This document shows positions 12,027 to 26,863 of a stretch of DNA of 64,000 bases, piece by piece. The number at the start of each line of letters is the position of its first letter. Within the stretch, counting starts at the first letter, position 1. A program made the position numbers and the translations under genes. Location of the stretch: assembly GCA_002104905.1 (NCBI GenBank), contig MCFE01000204.1:66453-130452 (forward strand), read 5' to 3'. The notes beneath the pieces are model-generated. The model ran no database searches, was not told the origin of the DNA, and saw only the letters and a list, made by a program, of their open reading frames with translations. Origin of the DNA: Basidiobolus meristosporus CBS 931.73. Taxonomy: Eukaryota > Fungi > Basidiobolomycota.

Positions 12027-15000
12027 TCAAGAGGATTGCTCTCCGAGTAGGGAGATCGCCTTAATGATGTCTTCGCAATAAGGCACGTGCCACGATGCCT
12101 GTGTCTTCTTGTTAGCACTGCCGATGGTACACGAGAAGCAGTAGTTCTCGGGAAGTTCCGATTTGCGAAGGGCCCTGAACATATCCTCATCCGTTTTGTC
12201 GTCACCTGCGCAGAAAACAAACTCACAGTTCTCCGTCGCGGCTACGAGTTTCTTAACGATCTCACCCTTGTTCAGCTCCACTGGACGAACCTCCAGATTC
12301 TTCTTGCCTACCAGGATCTCCACCGGTTTCTTGGATACGATGGCGTCCTCAAGATGGTTTCGGCACTCCTTAGCCTGGAACATACTAGGATGAAAGCTTA
12401 GAACGTGGATGGCCTAGCCCAAGATATTCTGATCTGGCTTACCCATATTCCGGATCGGCCATTCTGTAGTGCCACGTGACTGCGCACAGTTTGTGCTCCA
12501 CGAATGAACCGGGTGTCCGTTCGGTATAGTAATTGAATATATCTACAACATCCTTCTTCCAGGAGAAATCGAACTCCGCAGCAAGGTTGATCCATGGATT
12601 CTCGTTCTTCGGATGTGGATATTTGATGAAGCAGCCGTGTTCGGCACTGAGGAATCCTGTTAGCATCCATCGTTGGGTCGCCTCGAATCCGCGATGTAAT
12701 TACCTGAAGCCGAGGTTCGGAATCTGGCCCAACCATTGGTCCAAGAACTCCTGATCACGTCCGGAGATCACCCACACAACATTGTTGGGATTGCTTGCAA
12801 GCTGTGTCAGCCCCTCGATGGTTTCCTGTGGCGGCACGGCAGCGCCAGGGGTTTCTCTGATGGGAGTTAACGTACCCTAAGGGGGAAGGGTGAGTTAATG
12901 CGCGGTGGTATATCTGGAAATCCTTGCGGATCACTTACATCATAGTCGAACAAAAGGAGTCTCTTTTTGGCGGAATTGTACTGCTTGACCAAGGCCTGAG
13001 TGTCGAGGATGGGGGTTGGTAGGGAGTCATCCTTGGAAAGGGACCTGTTCTTCAAATCATCGATGAAGTGCTTGGCCCAAGCCTTGGAGGGATGGGATAC
13101 TATATAGTTGTATAGTTGCTGATAGCCAAAGCCGGTTAACATGATGAATATGGTGACAAGAAATCTCGCCAGCCTACCTCGTGCTTCAATGAACGGTCCT
13201 CCTTGGACATGGTAAGGGCTTCGTGGATGGATTCGGCAACACCCTACGGCCCGTCAAACATTAATCGCCTGCAATGGAATGAAAGGGAAACACCGAGTCA
13301 CTTACCGTATAATCCCATGGGTTCACCAAAAGTGCCGCACTTAATGACCCGGCTGTACCTGCGAACTCGCTCAAGATCAGTGGGCCTGCGTTGTCCCGCT
13401 GGCATAGCACGTATTCTTGACATGTGGTGTTCATTCCGTCTCTGATGGAGGTAATCAGCCCCACATCAGCAGCGGCGAGAAGTGCGTAATACTCTTCACG
13501 CTCAATTCTTTGGCTGTAGCGGTAGACCGGCGTGTGCTCGAGCGACCCGAATGTCCCGTTGATGCGAGACACCACCTCGGAGATTTTCGCCTCAAGCTTG
13601 GGATCTTGGCGTTGAACGGGTGTGTTGATCTGAATCAAGACGATCTGAAGGCCAGGGAAGATTAGCACGTTTCCTTCGTCCGAGAGAAGAACCTTTCCTA
13701 CCTTGTTAACCCACTCGGGGTGCAGCTCCAAGAACTTCTCAAAACTGTACAGCTTCTGCAAAACCCCGGTGACTTGATCGACTTTGTCTCTCCCGATGAT
13801 GATCTTCTTGTCCCCGTGCATTTCCTTGATCGCCTTGATCTTCGCAGCGACCCCGTCAGAATTTCTGCGTTCAAATACGTCAGTAGTCAGATACGACACT
13901 CTATGTCACGAGACTTCAATCAATATCAACCTCTGTGCAGTGACCGTGTCAACGTCTATCCCAATAGGGTATATTCCTACTGAGATGTAGCGGCCGCTAT
14001 AGTCAACCCCTGTGGGAGTAGAATCTAGGCCTAGCACTCTAGTGCAACTACTAATGAAATGGCGTGCATAAGAATATGTCTAATATGCGAGAGATGGGAG
14101 ATCAGATGGCTGCGGATCATTCATGGAGTAATGCTCATGGTTACCTGGAAGCCAACTTGGTTAGCACCTAGAATACCTTCCAGAAGCTCTTTGCGGTCTA
14201 GAAAGAGGAGCTGGGGTCAGAAACAGTGCTCGGTGCGAAAGGAACATCAATCGGGGGACTTACTCGGAGAGCTGCGAAACACTTCGGAGGCTGGGAAAGG
14301 TGAATGTAAAAAGAAGCTGATGATGGCCTCGGGCATAAGCTTGCGGCAAAGGCCAGGTACCAGGAAAAGATGGTAGTCCTGAATCCAGACTAATTGACCA
14401 CGCTATCGTAAGTACCACTACTGCGAGAATGAATGAACCATAGATATGTTACCGATATCGCCGCTCTTGTAAATCGATTTGATGTTGTCGGCAAAGATCT
14501 TGTTCACCTCCTGGTAAGCAGCCCAGTTCTGGTTGTCACAGTTGTCGTTCGAGTTGGTTTCCGAAACCAGGTAATGGAGCAGTGGCCACAAGACTAGCCG
14601 GGTTGCATCGAGAGTTTGAGCTCCAGCATTTATTTGAAAGACGAGTGAATGGATCCAACATACCAGATTTACAATAACCATCGTAGTGACCTTTTGCTAA
14701 GGTATCTTCAAGGAAAATCGGAATCAACTGACTGTCCTCCCAACAGAGTTTGCGAAGAGCAGTCTTGTGGGCGTCTGTGATTTCCGTGCTAGGCACCAGT
14801 GAGCCGCTTTCATCATATATATCGCCCACGAAACCGACTCGAACACAGTCTTCGGAATCTTTAAGAGATTGAAGGCCCGAGTACATGGCGGAGTGGCCTC
14901 TTCTAGGACCGAGCTTCCAGGACCAATCGTCTGGCTGCGAGGCATCCCCCTTGAGTAGAATGCAGGCACGGGGGAGGAAGTGTGTGACGCAAATAACACG

Positions 15001-15051
15001 ACCGTCCTTTACGGAGGGTTTTTCCGAGCTGGAAGTGATCCCGTTAAGCAT
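12027..15051 (-). CDS. TPS2: Trehalose-6-phosphate synthase/phosphatase complex subunit with intact HAD phosphatase motif (Tps2-like), multi-exon
   Basis: GT20 domain (IIIGRDKVDQVTGVLQKL, ITSIRDGMNTTCQEY, LILSEFAGTAGSL, LLVNPWD) followed by the phosphatase domain LLLFDYD|GTLTP, LSAEHG, GKKNLEVRP and FCAGDDKTDEDMF. Confidence 0.9.
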
Positions 15052-16969
15052 TTCGCAGAAAAATTATGTGAGAATGGGTGCTGAGAGGAAAATTAGGTCG
15101 CAGTCAGGTACAAGGACAAATAAGAGGGTTTAGGGCGGAAAACAAAAATAGCGAGCACGTAAGATGTAATCAGCTAGGCAGTGACGAAACGATCTTATAT
15201 AATTTGGATGGACTTAGAGGACCAACCAAATTTGTATGGAGAGGAAGATGTCTTCAAAATTAATCTATGTTTCAACTTGACAAATGATAGTGAAGATAAG
15301 ACGATCATGAATGATATGATAAGAGCAATAAAAAAGCACCTGATTTTCCATCCTGCATTGAGTAGCGCGCTAATCCAGATATCTGCACAGAGTGGAAGCA
15401 ATACGTAAGGGAAATTGTTCAGACAGGTAAAAAGCACCACTTTAGGTATGCCTTCGACGTAACCTCTGCCAGAAACGTAGGCTACTGACCAAACTGAGAT
15501 CTGAAATCTGATCTGACCCTTTTAGAGGGGATCGTTAGCTAGGCACTCAACCAATATGCCGTGTGATTTCACCAGCCGAAAGCGTCGAGGTTGAATTCTC
15601 GTGGATAAGCAGGACACGGCATTCTATCCAACCCATCAGAATGGGGGGGGGGCATTCATCGATATGTGGATATTGTCAAATTTGTCCACAAATTACGTAG
15701 CGGTATTACGGTACACACATATCACTGGCGAGCACTTCAACATGACGACATGATCTTATCTTACGTGCAATGACTTCACCCATCCATTGGCAGAGCAGAA
15801 TGGAGGTGGTGGAATTTAGCTTTGCGGATCATCTCCGATGGCTTCTCTAGGCTCATCGTGATCCATGTATGCCTTCTACAGGTCCCTTACAGGATTAAGC
15901 TTTCCGCGGAGTTCAAAACGAGCCCATCCTTGAAATGGCCGAACGATGTGAGCAAAGCAGGGCCTAGCAGAGTATGCCGTCCCTGTGTGAGATTAGCAAT
16001 CAAGCGAGTAAGCCTTGGGTGCTTGTACAGCGGAATAAGCGCCTGGCGAGGCGTAGAATGAGTAAGGGTCTGTCCTGCTCAGCATTAACAAATACCACTG
16101 CCTCACCCCGTGAGCATGCCTTGTCCTATTTAGTGAGTGATATGTTTTCTTGGGGATGTATACTTGAAATAAGAAAGAGGGTGTAGCAATTTAGGGAGGT
16201 ATGCAATTGGCAAATGTACACTGACAAGATCCATCAGAAGGTTCCCTCCCCCAAAATCAGGATTTTCTTACCCGTTTTGTTCGCGGTGTTTACCACATTT
16301 GTTAGCACTGATAGCACACATTCTAATCGATGGAGTGCACTGTAGCTCCTAGGTATACTGGACAGAGAATCAAGGTGTTTTGGCCACTAAATTAGTATGG
16401 ACATATTGTGGTGCTCTTAATCGGAGAAAGCATTCGTGTATAATACTATAGTCATGTCCATCAAACTTGGGCTAGCTGTTTCGCACTTGTATTGCCACTT
16501 GATCGCATGTTTGTTCTTGGCTTGAGAGTGGACATGTACGGATCTTTCCATTCCTCCTTGGGGCTACCTTTCTGGCTCCACAACGAAGGAAACCGAGGCA
16601 GATTCCATGCACTCCAACCCTCATTAGTCTGCTTCTCGAGGCTGCATCAGCAATGTGGTGAAGTGCTTGGCTTGGAGACGACCACATCATATGTAAGGCA
16701 AACTGATCTATGACAACCACGTCTAAAACGGATTTAAGTCTATATTTATAAAATAACTTGATTGCTTGCTAATTGGCAGGGGTGAAAGTTCTAAATTATG
16801 TAGTAGAAATGGCAAATATTTGTCAATCCAGAAAAGACCAACTAGACTTCACTTGATCAGACTTCAGAAAGCTGTTAGTAGAATCAGGAGCCGATTACTT
16901 GAAAGGTGGCAGCGGTGGATCTACAGACAAAAGATGTTCAACTCAGTATATTACCGCCAAGCTGTGTCC

Positions 16970-18526
16970 TCAGTAAGAGCCTAGCTCAAAATTGGTGACT
17001 TGAGGCAGATATGCGCAAGCGCTTAAATCCAAGATGTAGACTTCGTCAAAAACCCGATGTCCGTCATAGCCGCCATACACAAATAATCTAGAATCGTACA
17101 AAACCGCAGTATGGTAGCCTCTACCAGTAGGCGGCACTCCATAAATCTTCCTGGTTTCCCAGTTCATGGTGACTGAAGGGAAAGTTAGATTTGGCAAACA
17201 AATAAAAAAGCAAGGAGCCATACCCAAGTTTAATAATAACACGTTCTGGACGTATTTGTCGCCATCGTGTCCGCCGATGACAAATATGTATGAACCGACC
17301 TGGGTTGCTGTGTGCGAAAGTCTAGGGACACGCTCGCTAAGTCTCACTCGCTCCCACGTATGGGTTTCTGCAATGACGGTCAGTTAAGTTAAAGGCCGCT
17401 GAAACTAAACAACCATTCGATGTAAGCTACTCACCAAGGTCCAAGACATGAGCTTCGCTGAAACATTCATGGCCATCTGAGCCTCCATATACCAGGAGTT
17501 TGCTTTCAACCAGTGTGCTGGTGTGATAGCCTCTAGGGATCGGGGGCTTACCGTTGACTTCGACGCTTTCCCAAGTTAGCTTAGATAAATCAGCTATTCA
17601 ACAGAAACATGGTATCAATATACGGCCTTGACAAATCAATGAGAATCCATACTTATGTCCAATCGAAATACATCGTTCAAGGCACGAAGCCCATCTCCTC
17701 CGCCAAACAAATACAAGTATTTTCCGTAATGGCAGGCTGTATGCGCACGCCGGGGCCCTGGAATATCACCATACACTTTTGGTTTTGACCAAGTTAAAGT
17801 ATCTACCATAGGGTGGGGTGGGTTTAGTCGCGAACACATCTGGATGGCAATTACATAACCAATACCTGTATCGAGAATGTAAAGCTCATTGAAATAGTTT
17901 GGCCCATCACCGCCGCCGAAGATAAACAATTTGTTGTCAATTAATGTTGAGGTGTGAGCTCTACAGGGAGCAGGTGGCTCGCCGTTGGTTCGTGGGTTTG
18001 ACCAATACATGGTTTCTAGGAAGAGAATTAGGTTAAAGTCGGCCAAGAGCAAAAGTTGATAATCATCTTACCAGCATCAAAGACATACAAGTCATTGTAA
18101 CAAGTGCGCTCATCACACCCTCCAAATATATAAATTAGCTCTCCAACTAGGTTAACGCTATGTGCCCGTAGAGATTTCGGAGGTGAATGACCGTAGATAG
18201 GTGCTTTTGACCAATACATAGCAGGCGCTGGAGCTGGGGGAACATCCGGAGCTGGTGGCTCCGAATCTCGAGTAGATTTTGGCCCAGAGTTTGTAGTACC
18301 ACGCCACGAGGCTCTACGACGGTGGTACGACTGAGAATTGCTAGTCATTTGCGCAGGCATTGATTGACGGGCGAATTGCTTAGCTTTTACAATTGCAGGT
18401 ATTGTAGTTGAGATCGAAATAGAAGCTGAAGAGCCATGGCTGGAAGGGCGCTGTGACTATGGACATTAAGAGCTTATCAATATACTCGCGTTTGTAAGAT
18501 CAACGCAGCTACTGGCTGTTTACCAT
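16970..18526 (-). CDS. Kelch-repeat beta-propeller protein, multi-exon
   Basis: Repeated units RAHS/T..x..(I/L)(Y/F)(I/V)FGG.DG...ND(L/V)(Y/F).LD..T..W. The start is reconstructed as an ATG-only exon (18526-18524) spliced to SQRPSSH. Confidence 0.82.
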
Positions 18527-20436
18527 ATGATTAATATATAGAAACCAAAAAACTCGATAAGAATATCAGGAGTGTACACTTGGTGGTGTATAGAGAAACC
18601 TTTAGAAAAATAAGCATTAGATAACTCCAGATTTAGTCGGCTTGGCTATACCAGCCATAAAGTCAAACGCTTTCCGAGACAAAACCTACTTGGGCTGATA
18701 AGATGTTGACGTGGTGGACTTCCTTTTCTAAGTAGCAAACTACGTGGAGTATTTTAGCCATTACTGTTCAGTCGAAAATCTCACCAAAGTCAGGAAATAC
18801 CGGTTAGACGGAAATCGCTCCTTGTGAGAATGAGATTTTTGCTTTAATGCAATTTGTACTTTCAAAATGAAACTGCCAGGGCTAATTTACCGGTATCAGC
18901 AGCCTTTCGTGTGTTTTTAGGGATATGGACGATGCTATACAATCCTGATGGCGAAGTGACGCTGAATGGATTGGGTCCTTGTATGATTGACAGTGATATT
19001 TTCTTGCTATGTGTTGTATGGATATGGGTATCCAGTATCTAATGTAAACTCGGACAATACTCAAAACTGTATTAGATGATTCTATTGCTCATCACCTCAC
19101 CGATATATGTTTCGACGCACCATTGGTATAACATAGGCACGCCCAATCGGAGGGCGTAAAGATTGTTTCAGCCAGTCATAATCAGATATGAAGAGCAGAA
19201 TTGAAAAACTCATGTCAGGCAAGTATATAAAGGTAATTATATACTAAAGATGGAAGAGAGCCCTTGTAATACCATTTTAAAATGGCCAAGAATATATGTA
19301 TATGGACACTTCTTGGACCAGAAAACAGTTCCCGAGGTGTTTTCTCATTTCGAATCAGCGATTCACCTTCTGAGCTAGAACCCAATTGGCCACTTGCACT
19401 CGATCACCTATTCAGTGAGGTAACTAGCAGCCAGTCTGCATATCAGATTACAAAGGTATACAATGCAACGCCCATGTGACATGGATTCAGGTATAATATA
19501 GCACAACAAGAGCTGCCGACACCAGTGACGATTGCACGCCTCATGGATGAATTGCTAGATTATGCGGGGACCATACTGGGATGGGATGGTGGATCTAATA
19601 GATGTTCAACCCAATCTGCAAGATGCTGGCTGACCAGGGTCATGGGATGATCGGTGGTGAGGAGCCAATGCCAACTATGGGAAAACGAACCATACATGCT
19701 GGAGCAGCGGCCCATCCCCGAGTAGTTGTCGCCAAGATCCTGTGCCTGGGTCGTTTTCACCACTTTCATGGCTAGGTGCACGCGCATGGGAGACACTGAT
19801 CTTGGTGGAGTATTTTGGGTGATTCTGCCCATTAACCTGATGTGGATGTGTTGGATCACAGTAGACATCTATTGAATTTTACCAGATCGGTTGAAACAAA
19901 CGCGCGTGGAATCTTGATTTCATCTTTGGTACTGGTTTGAGTCAGAGCTCGTGATGGGTTACGTTCAGCTTGACGAAGCGCCCATATGTAGACTATCCCC
20001 ACGGCATGTTGTCTGTTACAATCAACCCCGGACTTCTAGTTTGAAGTTGGCATCGTCATCTTACAGAGTGGCAGTCCATTTTTGGTGATACATCTTGTTT
20101 AATGGAGCCCACATACATCTAGGATTGGATTGCTGCAGGTGACACTTGGTACTTATCAAAGATCTGACAGCATATTCAACGTGCCCATGTGCGGTGTGGT
20201 TTTACCTCCGCTACATCGTATAGCAACTAACACACGACTCGTTTGGAAACTTACTCGGGGTTTTTTTCTACTAGAATGATAGCCACTCGAAACAGTTGGT
20301 GTCGATCCATAAACAATCGGGCCAAACACTAGGCAATATCTCTGATTGTTCGTAAACAACAGGTTTATATAAAACGAGCCGAGTTGCTGAAATTTTCCTT
20401 AGCACTGAGAAGATTCCTCTGTTGTAAAGCTAAATC

Positions 20437-21499
20437 ATGTTCACTAATCGTCTTAGTATACTTTTGGCTTGGCTTTCAACGGGAATTCCTTATGCTGCTC
20501 TGGCAGCTAAAAATGATACTTCTCAAGTGCTCTCTAGAAATTCTCTGCCACCTGACGGGAAATGGTTTAACCGGATTATGATTGTCATGTTGGAAAATAC
20601 TGATTTTGACGTGGCAGCAAAGAATCAATATTTTACTGACATCGCAAAAAGGGGTCTATTACTCACCAACTTCTATGGTGTAACGCACCCATCCAAAGGT
20701 AACTACATTGCGCAGGTGTATGGATCTTTTGAGGACCTAGAAGATGACGGACCCAAAACGTAAGCAGTTTCATTCTAAACAAGGAATGCATCATATTGAC
20801 CAAGGCTTCGTCGTATTAGCTTTGCCGGGAATAATCTAGTGGATCTTTTAGAGTCAAAGATGTTGTCCTGGAAGGCATACCAGGAGGACTATCCAGGAAA
20901 CTGTTTTCCCGGTAATACTGATCTGTATTTCGAAAAACACAACCCTTTTATTACAATGGAAAACGTGAGGTAATTCAAACCAGTGTATAGATTTTGGCGT
21001 GTGCCGTGGTAACACATTTTATAGAAACCGTCCGGAACGATGCGCAAAGATCGTCGACGCCTCTGAACTTGATAAGGATATTCGTATGGACACGTTGCCA
21101 CACCTTATATACTTCACTCCGAACATCCTAAACGATGCACACGACACTGATATTTCGTTTGCAGCAAATTGGTTGAAAAAATTTATCGAGCCCAAGCTAG
21201 CTAATGCCGAGCTCATGGACGAGATGCTCGTAGTAATTACTTTTGATGAGCGCGAAAGTTTCAACTCCAGCAATGATCCTGACAACAAGGTATTCACAGT
21301 GCTGCTTGGTAAAGGGATTCAACAGCTTCCAAATGGGATCGATTCAACTCGATACGACCATTACAGTCTACTAAGGACTATCGAGGACAATTGGGAGTTA
21401 GGGACATTGGGTAGAAACGATACGAAAGCATATCCATTTAAGAATCTTGTCCCATTAATAGATTTGGCTCAAAAAGAGCTGGGCGAAGATGATTTCTGA
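20437..21499 (+). CDS. Secreted acid phosphatase / phosphoesterase (PF04185-type), 3 exons
   Basis: Signal-peptide-like N-terminus, IMIVMLENTDF, THPSKGNY, WKAYQEDYP, KHNPF, FTPNILNDAHDT, VITFDE and YDHYSLLRTIEDNW. Confidence 0.88.
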
Positions 21500-23045
21500 G
21501 CACTCGAGCAATACTTGGAGTAGTGATCACTTTAATATGTAGCTGTAAATCGTGTTTGGATCAAATGGTTATTTTATCTATTGAGTTCGCATTGTAATAA
21601 AAGCATCCTAATCTTTGCTCTAATAATGCATATGCATTAAAAATCCATTGACGCTCAACTTGAAAACCCACAGATGTGGAATATATTGTTATTTGCTTGA
21701 AATTTTTCTTCAGCTATAGTATCAACAATCCTTATCCCACTGTTGGATTGTGCTTTTCATCCAGTTTTTGTGTATCCACATCCTGACATATAAACCCATA
21801 TATATATATCAGCAGTGTTTCAAAATGAACACCGTCGAGTCGTTAGAGCATCTAATTAAAGGCGAGCATTCTTTTTCCATCTTGTAGCAACGAAGTAATC
21901 GCTATGATTGCGACAAGTACCAACTGATAGCTAATATTGTGTGCACGATAGAGAGGTTAATCGATACCAAAATCATCGATGGAGTGACATTGCTCACTCA
22001 TAATCATGCACAGAGCATCTGTGAGGTTGGGTCACTAAGTAGATTATCAGTTCAGGTACGGGTTGCTTTGCTTCGTATTCCTATCGGTGGAGAATGTTGA
22101 TTCCCTTTATTAGACACCAAAAGCCACACTTACCAAGCTAGTACATTTATTCGATACGGAGGAGTTACGTGGTATTTGTTTTCGCATCAATTCTATTCAG
22201 AAGACAGTCAGAGATCTCACTAAAGTTTCTGCGCTCTTTAGAAACTTCGCTTTCTCTAGGAGAATTTCCAACATTTATAATTGTCAAGAAGACTGTTTCC
22301 AGGTATTGCTCCATGTTTGAGAAGCTTGTCCGAACTTAACTTACACTTTCGTTTGAAGTATACATGCTGTTACTTCTGGTGCTGACCGTGCCCTAATAAT
22401 CCACAATTTACCGTTTGGGTTGTTGCTTGCCGTTGCTACATACCCTAATACGCTTGAACAGTCCACCAAACTGGTAGAAGATTTTGCAAGACTGCTTTAT
22501 TAAATAATTCACACAATAGTAGATATTCAATAAAATGTATTAACCAGCTCTATCTTTGTCATGGTGGTAGATGGCGCACAAAACATGGTGTTTGAAGGTG
22601 GGAGCTTACATATCAAAAATCATCACATTATCTATGTGTACGGAATTCGGGCAACATCAATCTCAAATGAGAACATTTTTGAGTTGAGAGGATAAATTGT
22701 AATGTTGAAGAACCCTACAAACTCATGGTCGGCGTTAATGTGATAGGGAAACGTGTTTGTCTGTATTGATTTGAGCTGATTACTACATTGTATTAGTGCA
22801 ATAATAACACTGCATATTTCTTATTGTTGCCACAAAAAGCTTCAACTGATTCTCAAGCAAATGGAACTCTTTGGAATGGATAATTGACACTGACAAATGC
22901 ATATTTAGCCGATGAAACAGTGGTCCCCCGGATAAAAAAGGAGACCCGGAATATATTTCCATATGAGGTATATTAATCAGGGAGCCGATAGGGTATAAAT
23001 ATATCTAATGAGGCAGAGGCCATCACAAACCTTATCATCTACAAA

Positions 23046-23901
23046 ATGGCAATTACCATCACACCAAGACGAAGCGAAGAACGCGGTCATGCTAACCACG
23101 GATGGCTGGACAGCTATCATACATTTAGTTTTGCTAGCTATTGGGATGCTCGTTTTGAGCAATATGGCCCACTCAGGGTAATCAATGAAGATATCGTCCA
23201 AGGAGGTAAGTGTTGATATTCGTAACTTAATATTCTTGTTCGAGAACTGACCAAACCATCAGGTGCTGGCTTCCCAACACACCCTCACAGGGAGTTTGAA
23301 ATCTGGTCGTACGTAGTGTCAGGAGAGTTGATGCATAAAGACAGTAAGTATCATCTTTATCATCATCCAGCTGACTATCCTTCCTAACCTTGCTTTCCAT
23401 CAAGGCACTGGAACCCACGAAACAATCAAACGTGGCCAAGTTCAATTCACTACCGCCGGTACTGGTGTTACCCACTCTGAATTCAACGCCCACCCTAAAG
23501 ATCCAGTGCATTTTATTCAGATCTGGGCCAAACCTGACCAAAGTAGGCTCCCTCCAAATTATGTGACTATGGAGTGGGATGAGGATGATAAAATCAACAA
23601 GTTATGCCTGATTATCAAACCAACTGGAAAGGCCGGTGCTAGAGCCATCCAGTGCCATACCGACCTCTGGATGTATGCCTCAATCCTCAAGAAAGACAAC
23701 CAAGTGGTCCATAGTATTGAGGCCTCGGGTCGTAAACAGTACATCCATCTTATAAATACTGGAGGGAAGCTTGAGGTTGGTGGTGTCCAATTAAATAGTG
23801 GTGATGGTGCATTCATTAGCGAGGCCAATCAAGGCGATCAGCTGGTTATTACCTCCATTGGAGAAGAACCCGCGGAATTTCTACTTTTCGATATGCAATA
23901 A
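23046..23901 (+). CDS. Pirin-family bicupin (YhhW-type), 3 exons
   Basis: Read by eye: [32 protein letters not shown]...[42 protein letters not shown] and FIQIW. The metal ligands HxH and HxE are present. Confidence 0.92.
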
Positions 23902-25380
23902 CCCCCTTGTGTAAATAAACTCAATTTTACTAAGCCTCAGGGCTCAACTGAAGGCTCCAGTAACAAACCAATATGTGCCAACCGATTTTTCGAGCCTACT
24001 CTTCGTCACCACATCCAGTGGTTCTTTTGGCCTAGTGGTAATAGTGGGCCTGAGGGAGTCTATCATCAGTAAGACTTTGACTCAAGATCATCCATTGGCT
24101 TTATCTGGTTGGCCCTGATTTTGCATAGAAAGTGAAAAACATCTCATTGTAGCTTGGTATGCAAGCTCATTTGGCCATCAATGGCATGGTTCTTTTGGAA
24201 ACTAAGGTTGCAACACTGCCACTAAGAATTAAACTGTGTTAACTCCGTCTCTGATGCAAGCTGATGACTGAGTCCATTATGTGGGAAAGGTTCCTGCCAA
24301 ACCTCATCAGCTTCTTTGTAGCCAGAATACTATAGATATCATGGACTCTTCAGCAGTCACCTATTCTGCATATTCAGTGAAATCTGCAAGCTTATTGACT
24401 CTTGTCAAACCTGATGTATTGTTAATTTTCTAATACTACAGTATGACGTCACTTCTCAATCGCACCAAATGGGTGATACATCCACCCTTTTGCCGATAAT
24501 ATTGATAGATCCAGTCAATATCGATGATGTTGATCCAGATTGATCGTCGATAGTGATTTGTGACCAGAGTCTTTATATTTACTTCACAATCGTATTTTAA
24601 GCTAGAATGCTATTGTATATGGCATATCAAGCAAGAATAGCCCACATGGATCGGCTCCCAATTAGTCAATATTTTCCAGGACTACCAGAGCGTCACAACG
24701 TCCTTTCGCTGAGATATAGGCAAGGAATAGTGCCGTTCTTGATAAATATAGTATAGCAGCTCATTCTCTCTGGTGAGATCTCCGCTAAAGATATCTGCCA
24801 ACATATCGAGGGTTCTATAAAAGTATTAGCATGAGAGGAGCACGTGTTTTGTTTCCACATTGAACAGGAAGCAGCAATAGAAATATTTAAGAGCATCTCC
24901 GGCTTTTGGTCAATACAGTCATGTGCCAGAGTATTTCCGGATTTAGAGGAATTCTCAGAATTAGCCGGCTGTATTCATCCACTACCCAGGGGAATCTCGG
25001 TGTTCGATCAGCTCTACAAAAATCCGCCAGACCAATCACTCCCGTATGTCGCATTGCCCATATTAGTAATATAGACACTAGACTCTGCGGTTTGCTATCA
25101 TTTTGAACTGGTGGCAATGATTTGATCGTCTGAAGCCATCCAGCACTTGCGAGTACCAGAATTAGAAAATAGTTACGTTTAAATCTTCCTTGGGATACTT
25201 ACACTCGTCATATCCAATCAATTAATTTCGGTTCTCGGCCAATTAGATATGGCGCCGGGGGTATTTGCACATTACTTTACCGTCCACCTGAGGCATTCTT
25301 AACCAGGCTCCACTCCGTGAAACTTTAGCACTTTTCTCTTTCATTCTTTCCTACTTTCCTCTCGAAGTATATCATATAAC

Positions 25381-26863
25381 ATGGCTGGGAAAACCACCAA
25401 AAATGAGGACAAAACCGAAACTCTTACCAACGTTGCTCCTCACCACAGGAGCACTTTCATGTCTTTCCTAAAGGATGTTACTTCATTTACCGGGGATCTT
25501 TCAGCCTTGACCTGTCCCTCGTTCATGCTGAACGGTGTTTCTCTCTTGGAATATAGGTTAGTTCTACTTTTCTTCACGGACTACTTCAAAAGCACCAACC
25601 TTCATTTGTCCACTTAGCACCTACTGGGGTGATCACCCACAGTTATTGGCAGCTATCGCCAAACCAGAATCTCCGGAAGGTATATCTTCCTTCTCTTGCT
25701 GCTTACTTCGCTTTGTCATATACTCATCTCATTTCTACTCGCAGAGCGTATGATCGCGGTTGCACGCTGGTTTATTTCTACTCTGTACGGTAGCTACTTC
25801 GCTGGCTGTGTCGGTTCCACCAGTAAAAAGCCTTTCAACCCCATTCTTGGCGAGCAGTTTTTCTGCAGATGGGATGATGTTGACGGTTCTGGTGATGCCC
25901 ACCTTGTGTGTGAACAAGGTAGGTTACATAGATAACAGCGAACAATCGACTTTACCAATACCTAAACATCAACTATATAGTGAGTCACCATCCCCCAATT
26001 TCCGCCTTCTACATTGAAAACCCAAAAGCTGGAGTGTATCTCAACGGCCATTGTAAGTATGAATTGTCAGATCCAACCGTTAGAAGTTTACTCATATTCC
26101 ATGCTTGCAGTTGGACAAAAGTCAAAATTCAAGGGTACTTCTATTCAGGTGAGTTTCATATGCTTTTCGGGCTTCAGTTCCGTTATTAATAATATGTTAG
26201 GTTATCCAACCTGGTAGAGTAACTGTCCGTACCACAAAAAATGATGAATCCTACGTTGTCACTTTCCCAGACCTTTACATCAGATCGCTTTTGGTCGGAA
26301 ACCCATTTATTGAGGTTGCCGGGCCAACTTCTATCGAGTGTTCCAACGGATACGTGACAGAATTTGAATTTCTAAGCAAACCGTGGTTCGGTGGTAAATA
26401 CCACAAATTTACCGGGAATATCTTCCATAAAGATGATCCCAAGAATATCCTTTACAGTATAGCAGGCAAATGGATGGCTGAATCGACTATTACCAACAAT
26501 GTCACCAAGGAGTCGGAGCTATTTTTCGATGCCACTGCTACACCACCAGCCAAATACATTGTTGCACCTTTCCAAGAGCAATCTGAAATCGAGTCTAGGA
26601 GAGTTTGGGTCAAGGTGGCTCAAGCTATCCAAAAGCAGGAGTACAGCCTGGCTACTACTCACAAGAACGAGGTCGAAAACGCTCAAAGAGCACTTGTCAA
26701 GGAACGTAACAGCAAAGGAGAAGAATGGAAGCAGAGAATGTTCTATTTCGTGAAAGACCCTGTTCAGGAAAATGTAAATGTCAAATATAAGAACAAGTCC
26801 AAAACTGGAGACGTCGGCGCTTGGGTGTATAACAAGTCTCTCCATCTTCAAAACGAGAGTTAA
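25381..26863 (+). CDS. Oxysterol-binding protein, short ORD-only (Kes1/Osh4-like), multi-exon
   Basis: GDLSALTCPSF, KKPFNPILGEQF, the OSBP signature EQ|VSHHPP, and ESRRVW.KVAQAI. Confidence 0.9.

Noticed and set aside
19560-19868. 102-aa minus-strand ORF between the kelch and phosphatase genes
   Set aside because: No domain similarity or supporting splice structure.
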